This document shows, in pieces, positions 57,369 to 64,000 of a DNA stretch of 64,000 nucleotides. The DNA comes from Desulfatiglandales bacterium (GTDB lineage: Bacteria; Desulfobacterota; DSM-4660; Desulfatiglandales; Desulfatiglandaceae). Each line of letters starts with the position of its first letter. Within the stretch, counting starts at the first letter, position 1. Under the pieces are notes generated by a model that had not been told where the DNA came from, ran no database searches, and was given only the letters and a program-made list of their open reading frames with translations. Location: the NCBI GenBank assembly GCA_963662465.1, contig OY759599.1, positions 3,104,001 to 3,168,000 on the forward strand, in the 5' to 3' direction. A program made the position numbers and the translations under genes.

Positions 57369-58327
57369 AAACAAAAGCGTTGATTATTCCCCTGATCATT
57401 ATCCTGATCGCCATTTTTTCAGGGGCCTACGTTATTGATGAAACCGAACAGGTGGTCATTACCCAGTTCGGAAAATCCATTGGGTCGCCCAAAACCGCCC
57501 CCGGTCTCTATTTTAAAATTCCGGTCATTCAACAGGCCAACTTTTTTCCCAAAAATCTTCTGGAGTGGGACGGAGACTCCGGCCAGGTGCCCACATTGGA
57601 TAAAACCTTTATCTCCGTGGATACTTTTGCGCGATGGAAAATCGTGGATCCTCTGAAGTTTTTTGAAACCGTCAACAACGTGATAGGGGCCCAGGCCCGA
57701 CTGGACGACATTATCGACCCGGCCGTCAGGAATTTCATCACCTCGTATCCCCTGATTGAAACCGTAAGGGATTCCAACCGGGAACTGGATACCTTCGAGG
57801 TGGGCGTCGATCGCGCCGATGAAGAACGGACACTGGGCGAAATCACCACGGGAAGGGGTAAAATCACCAAAGGCATCCTGAACCAGGCGCAACCCAAGTT
57901 GAAAGACTTCGGCATTGAACTGGTGGATGTACAGATCAAGCGATTGAACTATGTGGAACAGGTTCAAAAATCCGTTTATGCCCGAATGATCGCGGAACGA
58001 AAACAAATTGCTGAAAAATTCCGATCAGAGGGCGAAGGTGAAGCCCGGATTATTGAGGGAAACCGGGATAAAGAACTCAAAAAAATCACATCTGAAGCGT
58101 ACAAAACCGCCCAGGAAGTCATGGGAAAAGCGGATGCCGAATCCACCACGGTTTATGCCCTGGCCTATGACAAAGATCCCGAGTTTTACTCGTTTGTCAA
58201 GTCTCTGGACGTGTACCGGAATGTCATGGACAACAAGAGTTTTCTGCTGCTTTCAACGGATTCTGATTTTTTAAGGTATTTCAAGGGCTATAATCCCACC
58301 AAGGGATACAGTCCCAGTAACAACTGA
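57365..58327 (+). CDS. hflC: FtsH protease modulator HflC
   Basis: VITQFGK, PGLYFKIP, RMIAER, RSEGEG, DPEFYSFVKSL. Confidence 0.95.
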   Translation: MKTKALIIPLIIILIAIFSGAYVIDETEQVVITQFGKSIGSPKTAPGLYFKIPVIQQANFFPKNLLEWDGDSGQVPTLDKTFISVDTFARWKIVDPLKFFETVNNVIGAQARLDDIIDPAVRNFITSYPLIETVRDSNRELDTFEVGVDRADEERTLGEITTGRGKITKGILNQAQPKLKDFGIELVDVQIKRLNYVEQVQKSVYARMIAERKQIAEKFRSEGEGEARIIEGNRDKELKKITSEAYKTAQEVMGKADAESTTVYALAYDKDPEFYSFVKSLDVYRNVMDNKSFLLLSTDSDFLRYFKGYNPTKGYSPSNN

Positions 58328-58396
58328 GGCGGAAAGCCCCAGTTTTGTATTTTATCTTTCACTGAATTCTCGTTGGCGCATAAGAGGAATTTGATA

Positions 58397-58897
58397 ATGG
58401 TAAGAACCGAGATTTCCCTTTTTTTGGAAAACGTCCCCGGTGAACTCGCTAAATTGACGGGCATGCTGGAAGAAGCCGGGATCAACATCGATGCAATGAC
58501 CATTCAGGACGCATCGGAGTATGTGCAAACCCTTTTCAAGGCGAGGGGGAAATCCCTCAAACGGGTGGCCTCCGCCGCCAGCTACGGGTCCATGAAAAAA
58601 GACTCCGTGGACCATGCCCTGATACGGCTTCTGGTGGAAAAAACCGATGAGGCCATAGACCTGCTGTCCCGGAAAGGATACCTGTTTGACATCATGCCGG
58701 TCATTGCGCTGGAAATGGAAAACAAACCGGGAAGCCTGGCGAGAATGGCCAAAAAATTTGGCGAAAACGGAATCAACATCAACTATGTTTATGGCTCCGC
58801 GCCAACCAAAAACCAGAAAGCCATCTTCGTTTTCAACCCGGAAGACATCGACATGGCCGCCGGGATATTCAGCGGCCCGGAGTCTTCAGCAACTTAA
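58397..58897 (+). CDS. ACT domain-containing protein
   Basis: ISLFLENVPGEL, GINIDAM, MENKPGSL, ININYVYG. Confidence 0.85.
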   Translation: MVRTEISLFLENVPGELAKLTGMLEEAGINIDAMTIQDASEYVQTLFKARGKSLKRVASAASYGSMKKDSVDHALIRLLVEKTDEAIDLLSRKGYLFDIMPVIALEMENKPGSLARMAKKFGENGININYVYGSAPTKNQKAIFVFNPEDIDMAAGIFSGPESSAT

Positions 58898-60598
58898 ATC
58901 AACAATCTTGAGCTGCACCCTTTCGGTTCCCTGCCATCGGTTTATTTCAGGCGAAAAAATCATATGGAGACCGGCGCCCGTAAGGGGATGCCGGCTTCCC
59001 AGGCCAAAGCCGATGGCATCAAAAACATGTTCTCCCTGCCCTACCCTCAATTTGAGATGGAGATCCCCCACCACCCGAGACTCAAAGACCTTCACTGAAC
59101 GGGCCATAAAGACCGGTTCCGGGTTGCCCTCCCCAAAGGGCGCCAAGGCCCTGATCTGGTGAATGACGTCAAGGGTGATATCTTTGAAAAACAGTTCCGC
59201 ATCCACATTGATGCCGGGAATTAAATCTTCCGGCAGAAGATCCGCCTGGGCCTGCGACTCAATATCTTCCATGAGCGCTTCCAGACCGGACTCCGGCAAG
59301 GTGAATCCCGCTGCGTGGGAATGCCCGCCGAATCTATCAAAATGACGGGCCGCCTTTTTCATGGCGCCGTAAAGATCGAATCCATCGATACTTCTCCCCG
59401 ACCCCACGGCAATGCCGTCGCGAATGGCGGCGATCATGACCGGCCTGTGATATTGCTCCACCAGTCGAGACGCCACAATGCCCAAAACCCCTGGATGCCA
59501 GTTTTGAGCCCACAGAAAAATGGTGCGCCTGCCGCCCAGATCCCCAACCATGGCTGTGGCCTGATCAAGGATGTCCCGTTCCAAAGACTGGCGTCTCAGG
59601 TTTGCCGCGTCAATCTTGTTGGCCAGGACACTGGCTTCCGGATCTTTATCCGCCATGAGCATGTGCAATCCCATGAGCGAATCCCCCATCCGGCCGGGTG
59701 CATTGAGCCGGGGCGCCATCCTGAAGGCCAGGTCATCGGAAGAGACTTCGGACCCAACCACGCCTGCCACATTCATAATGGCCCGGATCCCCGGCCATGT
59801 GGACTGGGCCATGCGACCAACGCCGCCGGATACCAGCATTCGGTTCTGCCCCACCAACGCCACCCTGTCCGCCATGGTGCCCAGAGCCACGAAATCCAGA
59901 TAATCTCTTAAATCCGGTTCGCCCCCGGCCGTAAACCGCCCCTTTTTCCGCAATGCGGCGCGAAGCGCCACCGCCAGAAAAAAGGCCAGACCCACTCCCG
60001 AAAGGTCTTTAAATGGAAACGGACAATCCGCTTGATGCGGATTGACCACCGGGCATTGGGGCTTAAAACCGGACGGAACCTGGTGGTGGTCCGTGATCAC
60101 CACCGCCATCCCCAGACGCTTGGCCAGGGTCACCTCCCGTTCGTTGGAAATCCCGCAGTCCACCGTAATGATCAAACCCGTCCCATCCTTTTTAATCCAT
60201 TCCACAGCCTTTTTGTTCATCCCGTATCCCTCTTTCAAGCGATCGGGAACATAAGTGGCCACACAAAACCCGAGATGAGAAAGAAAGGTTGCCAGCAAGG
60301 CGGTGGCGGTGAGCCCGTCCGCGTCATAATCGCCGTAAACGGTTATTTTTTCCCGCTCTTCCATGGCATCAACAATGGCGTTGACGGCTTCATCCATCCC
60401 CTTCATGCCCATAGGGTCGAGCATTTGGGATAAACGGGGAGAAAGGAAGGACTGGATGGCGGTCTTGTCCCCAACACCGCGATTCACCAGAAGCTGCGCC
60501 TGCAGGGGCGTCACATGGGCCTCATGGGCGAGACGGGTCGCCAGAGAAGATTCGGGTTTTAAGATCCAGTTTTTCCGGCCGGAAAAGAAGGCTTTCAT
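58886..60598 (-). CDS. recJ: Single-stranded-DNA-specific exonuclease RecJ
   Basis: YGDYDADG, TVDCG, TDHH, PRLNAPGR, GSGRS, GGHSHAAG, PFGEGNPEP. Confidence 0.97.
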   Translation of the reverse strand: MKAFFSGRKNWILKPESSLATRLAHEAHVTPLQAQLLVNRGVGDKTAIQSFLSPRLSQMLDPMGMKGMDEAVNAIVDAMEEREKITVYGDYDADGLTATALLATFLSHLGFCVATYVPDRLKEGYGMNKKAVEWIKKDGTGLIITVDCGISNEREVTLAKRLGMAVVITDHHQVPSGFKPQCPVVNPHQADCPFPFKDLSGVGLAFFLAVALRAALRKKGRFTAGGEPDLRDYLDFVALGTMADRVALVGQNRMLVSGGVGRMAQSTWPGIRAIMNVAGVVGSEVSSDDLAFRMAPRLNAPGRMGDSLMGLHMLMADKDPEASVLANKIDAANLRRQSLERDILDQATAMVGDLGGRRTIFLWAQNWHPGVLGIVASRLVEQYHRPVMIAAIRDGIAVGSGRSIDGFDLYGAMKKAARHFDRFGGHSHAAGFTLPESGLEALMEDIESQAQADLLPEDLIPGINVDAELFFKDITLDVIHQIRALAPFGEGNPEPVFMARSVKVFESRVVGDLHLKLRVGQGEHVFDAIGFGLGSRHPLTGAGLHMIFSPEINRWQGTERVQLKIVDLSC

Positions 60599-61359
60599 TG
60601 CGGATTTCGGATTACGGATTGCGAATTCAAGGTAAGGATTTTTTCGATGGCCTTGACATCCCCTGGGACATCCACTTCAATGGAATCGACCATACTTTCC
60701 GGAACCATGATCTTGTACCCATTTTCCAGGGCTCGCAGCTGCTCCAGCTTTTCCAGATTTTCGAGGGTCCCTTGAGACAAGGACGTAAAGTGCAGCAGAA
60801 AGTTCATCCTGAAACAATAAAAACCCAGATGCTTGAAATAAACATCGCCGGGGGCGCCGTCGCGACAGAAGGGAATGGGACATCGCGAAAAATAGAGGGC
60901 AAACCCCAGGTTGTCGGTCACCACCTTCACATGATTGGGGTTCGTCACATCCTTTTCATCTCGGATCCGGCATTTCAGGGTAGTCATGGGAATTGAATCA
61001 TCCGCCAGCAGGGGCGCGATCATGGCGGAAACCACTTCGGGCTGAAAAGCCGGCTGATCCCCCTGAATGTTCACCACCAGATCCCCATCCTTCACCCCAA
61101 TGCTTTGGGCTGCCTCGGCAATGCGATCCGTCCCGGATACATGACCCGCGCGGGTCATGACGGCATTTCCGCCAAACCCGCGAACACAGTTCAGGATACG
61201 CTCATCATCGGTGGCCACATAAACCTTTGATAGTTCCAGACACGCCAGCGCCCGCTCATAGGTATGCTGAATCATGGGCTTCCCGGAAATTAGCGCCAGG
61301 GGTTTTCCCGGAAAACGGCTGGACTGATATCTTGCGGGTATAAAAGCAAATATATTCAA
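60595..61359 (-). CDS. kdsB: 3-deoxy-manno-octulosonate cytidylyltransferase
   Basis: IPARYQSSRFPGKPL, SGTDR, NIQGDQP, ALYFSR, EKLEQLRALENG; TTG start after AGAGG. Confidence 0.96.
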   Translation of the reverse strand: MNIFAFIPARYQSSRFPGKPLALISGKPMIQHTYERALACLELSKVYVATDDERILNCVRGFGGNAVMTRAGHVSGTDRIAEAAQSIGVKDGDLVVNIQGDQPAFQPEVVSAMIAPLLADDSIPMTTLKCRIRDEKDVTNPNHVKVVTDNLGFALYFSRCPIPFCRDGAPGDVYFKHLGFYCFRMNFLLHFTSLSQGTLENLEKLEQLRALENGYKIMVPESMVDSIEVDVPGDVKAIEKILTLNSQSVIRNPQ

Positions 61360-61395
61360 TGAATTCCTCTTTTGGGGCGACAAGTAACGCGTAAC

Positions 61396-61437
61396 GACCT
61401 CTGTCTTCTGACCTCCGACCTCTGACCTCTGACCTCA
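61396..61437 (+). repeat. Heptamer tandem repeat (GACCTCT)x6, degenerate
   Basis: gacctct gtcttct gacctcc gacctct gacctct gacctca between queD and kdsB. Confidence 0.85.
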
Positions 61438-61806
61438 GGGTTCCATATAGCTTGCGGAGGCGGAATCCGACTCCCACGCCGTCACCTTGCTGACCCGTAC
61501 CCCCTCCACGTTCAAGCGATTTGTAAGCGTCTCGAAGATATAGCGGGCGATGTTTTCGGACGAGGGCTCAGCAGACTTAAACGCATCAATTTCGTTCAAA
61601 AATTTATGGTCCAGTTCATCAATGATTTCTTTTGTATAATTCTTGATCACCCTGAAATCCATCAACAAGCCGTCGTCCCCCAGGCTGGATCCCACCACGG
61701 CCACTTCAACCTTCCAGTTATGCCCGTGCAGATGTTCGCATCCCCCTTCCAGGGCACGCAACTGATGGGCAGCCGCAAACTGGGAGGTTATTTTCAATTC
61801 ATACAT
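61435..61806 (-). CDS. queD: 6-carboxytetrahydropterin synthase
   Basis: FAAAHQL, CEHLHGHNW, LDHKFLN, PSSENIA, WES. Confidence 0.95.
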   Translation of the reverse strand: MYELKITSQFAAAHQLRALEGGCEHLHGHNWKVEVAVVGSSLGDDGLLMDFRVIKNYTKEIIDELDHKFLNEIDAFKSAEPSSENIARYIFETLTNRLNVEGVRVSKVTAWESDSASASYMEP

Positions 61807-61817
61807 CTCTTATTGCC

Positions 61818-62180
61818 TCACGCATCCTTTTCCTTGGCGGGTTCAATTTCCTCGGCCTCGCCACTCTCTTCTTTGATTTCAGCCTTTTCTTCATCGCCCG
61901 TTAATGGGTTCTCATCTCCCACGACCTTTCCGCATTCCGTACACCTGCCATCAACAATAATGCCGGTGCAGGTCCCGTCCGGACACAAAACCCGGTTGTC
62001 AAAGTCGATATCTTCCTCATCGTCATGGTCGAAAAAAGTTTTACCCTGATGAACAGCCTTCGTCGATTCCTTCAAGGGCGTTCCGCATGCCGAACAATAG
62101 TTGGCATCCTCAAATACAATTTCCCCGCATTCAGGGCATGGAGATCCCGGTATCTCTTCTTCGCAATGTGGACATTTCAT
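61818..62180 (-). CDS. Zinc-ribbon domain protein
   Basis: MKCPHC, CPECG, YCSACG, LCPDGTCTG, RCTECG; acidic tail. Confidence 0.8.
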   Translation of the reverse strand: MKCPHCEEEIPGSPCPECGEIVFEDANYCSACGTPLKESTKAVHQGKTFFDHDDEEDIDFDNRVLCPDGTCTGIIVDGRCTECGKVVGDENPLTGDEEKAEIKEESGEAEEIEPAKEKDA

Positions 62181-62498
62181 CACAAACCATCTCCTCTCCA
62201 GTCTTAAAGAAAGCCGCCGCACAAAAACGCCGCGGCGGCGCAATGCAATCCATCTTGCGTCGGGGAGTATAGGGGAATCCACCCTTAGTGTCAAACAATA
62301 GAAAACATTAAAACTCGCAAGCAACAAAATCCCGGGACGGAACACTCATTCAAAACAAGACCTTTTCAAACAAAACTTGAAAAAATCCGCGATGCGCGGT
62401 ATCAGTAAATATAATTTTGCCAAAGGGGTGCGGATCATGGCGCCCGGGTATCAGAATAAGTTCCTTTCATTTTCTGGAAATGACGGAGGGTTTTCTTG

Positions 62499-64000
62499 AT
62501 GGTTGAAACTTCTACCTGCAAAGCGCTGGAAGAGAAGGTGAGAGCGCTCGAATCGGAACTGACTGAGTTCAAAAACAAGGAAAAAGCCCTTAACCGGGAA
62601 AAGCGGAGGCTTTCTCAAATTCTTCAAGAAACCGGGATTCCCACCTTTGTCATCGACAACCATCATGTGCTGACCCACGTCAATAAAGCCTTTGAAAACC
62701 TGACCGGCATTTCACCTGAAGAGATCCTCGGCACCCAAAACCAATGGCTCGCGTTCTATCCCGCAAAACGACCCACCATGGCCGATCTCATCGTGGACCA
62801 TGCCGATGAAAAGGAAATCGCCCGCTATTACAAGGGCAAATACCGGAAATCAGCAGTGTCTGAATCGGGCTTTGAATCCGAAAACCTGTTCCGCCACCTG
62901 CGAAACGGCAGCAAGTGGCTATTTTTTACGGCCTCCCCGTTAAAGGACGATGAGGGAAACATCACCGGCGCCATCGAAACCCTCCAGGATATTACGGAAC
63001 AGAAAAAAGCAGAACAGGCCTTGCGGGAATCCAAAAAAGGCATGCGCTCCCTGCTCGATTTTGTACCCTACCCCATCGTGGTCTGCAACCTTGACGGCAC
63101 TGTTTTTTACGTCACACCGGCCTTCACCGAAACCTTTGGATGGACCCTTGACGAGCTGGAAGGAAAAACCATCCCCTACACCCCAAAGGGCCTTGAAAAG
63201 GAAACCCACGAAATCCTGAAAGAACTGTTGGAAAAAAAGCTGGTTTTGCGCCATATCACCAAACGACTCACCAAAGACGGTCGTCTTCTGGATGTGGTGA
63301 TGCGGGGCGTCATCTATTCCAAGGACCCCAAAGAGCCCGGCGGGGAACTGGTACTCCTTCGGGATATCACCCAAGAGCGAAGAATCGCCAGAAATAACCA
63401 GGCCATGCTCAGGATCAGCATGGCCCTTCCCGAACACCCCGACCTCGAAAATCTTTTAGACTATATCAGCAGGGAAATCAAAGAACTTCTCGGAACAGAG
63501 GGCGCACTGGTGGTCCTGGCCGACGAGGAACAGGGTGAACTCTTCTATAAAGGCGCTGCCTTCGACGATAGCGCCACCCAGCAGCGGATCAAGGAAATCC
63601 GTTTTCCCGCCGACAAGAGCGTCGCGGGGAAAGTCATTCGAACCGGGGAAGCCATCATTGTCCAAAATACATCCAAGGAGCCCAGTTTTTATCACGGGGT
63701 GGATGAAAAGCTGGGATATCAAACCCGAAACCTGCTGGAAGTTCCCTTGAGAAGCGGGGATCGCATCATCGGCGCCCTTTGCGCCCGCAACAAAAAAGAA
63801 GGCAATTTTGACGAATCCGACATGGAACTCCTCAATATGATTGCCGGCACCGTGGTACTCTCCATAGAAAACGGACGCTTCTCGGATCAAATCATTAACG
63901 CCTACAAAACCAATGAGGCGCTTCTGCGGATCAGCACGGCCCTTCCGGAATACCCCGACCTGGGGGAACTCCTGGATTACGTGAGTACCGAGGTGCAGCG
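62499..64000 (+). CDS. PAS-PAS-GAF signal transduction protein (runs off the window end)
   Basis: Absent from the ORF track because no stop is in the window; GGAGG RBS, MVETSTC..., VNKAFENLTG, GAIETLQDITEQK, AFTETFGWT, GAF (YQTRNLLEVPL..IIGALCARNK..F...D); output domain not visible. Confidence 0.85.
   Translation, partial: MVETSTCKALEEKVRALESELTEFKNKEKALNREKRRLSQILQETGIPTFVIDNHHVLTHVNKAFENLTGISPEEILGTQNQWLAFYPAKRPTMADLIVDHADEKEIARYYKGKYRKSAVSESGFESENLFRHLRNGSKWLFFTASPLKDDEGNITGAIETLQDITEQKKAEQALRESKKGMRSLLDFVPYPIVVCNLDGTVFYVTPAFTETFGWTLDELEGKTIPYTPKGLEKETHEILKELLEKKLVLRHITKRLTKDGRLLDVVMRGVIYSKDPKEPGGELVLLRDITQERRIARNNQAMLRISMALPEHPDLENLLDYISREIKELLGTEGALVVLADEEQGELFYKGAAFDDSATQQRIKEIRFPADKSVAGKVIRTGEAIIVQNTSKEPSFYHGVDEKLGYQTRNLLEVPLRSGDRIIGALCARNKKEGNFDESDMELLNMIAGTVVLSIENGRFSDQIINAYKTNEALLRISTALPEYPDLGELLDYVSTEVQ

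Overview
64 kb of bacterial chromosome; gene content (TRAP transporter, DUF1847, DUF2889, many PAS sensors, sigma54 promoters, multiheme cytochrome) suggests an anaerobic deltaproteobacterium (Desulfobacterota-like; inference). Housekeeping blocks (valS-nadC-znuCB-trmH-like, TRAP dctQMP, hflKC, recJ-kdsB-queD, pgi) alternate with accessory regions: a sigma54-driven stress cluster (amrS, UDG, Usp, kinase, Hsp20), a broken kaiB locus, a nested GTAG-type REP element beside an orphan antitoxin, a CydA-fold/octaheme cytochrome pair, an RND pump, an AAA-PD(D/E)xK protein, a 1851-aa repetitive surface protein, and a MntA-HepT toxin-antitoxin pair between local duplications. Best candidate for an undescribed system: the minus-strand module at 45.3-51.9 kb (two periplasmic binding proteins, a TonB-dependent receptor and a HAMP class III cyclase with guanylyl-type specificity residues). 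Also notable is a receiver-less PopZ/RomR-like acidic protein just upstream of valS. No rRNA, tRNA, CRISPR array or intact transposase was recognised. All family calls come from motif recognition by eye, not from database searches.
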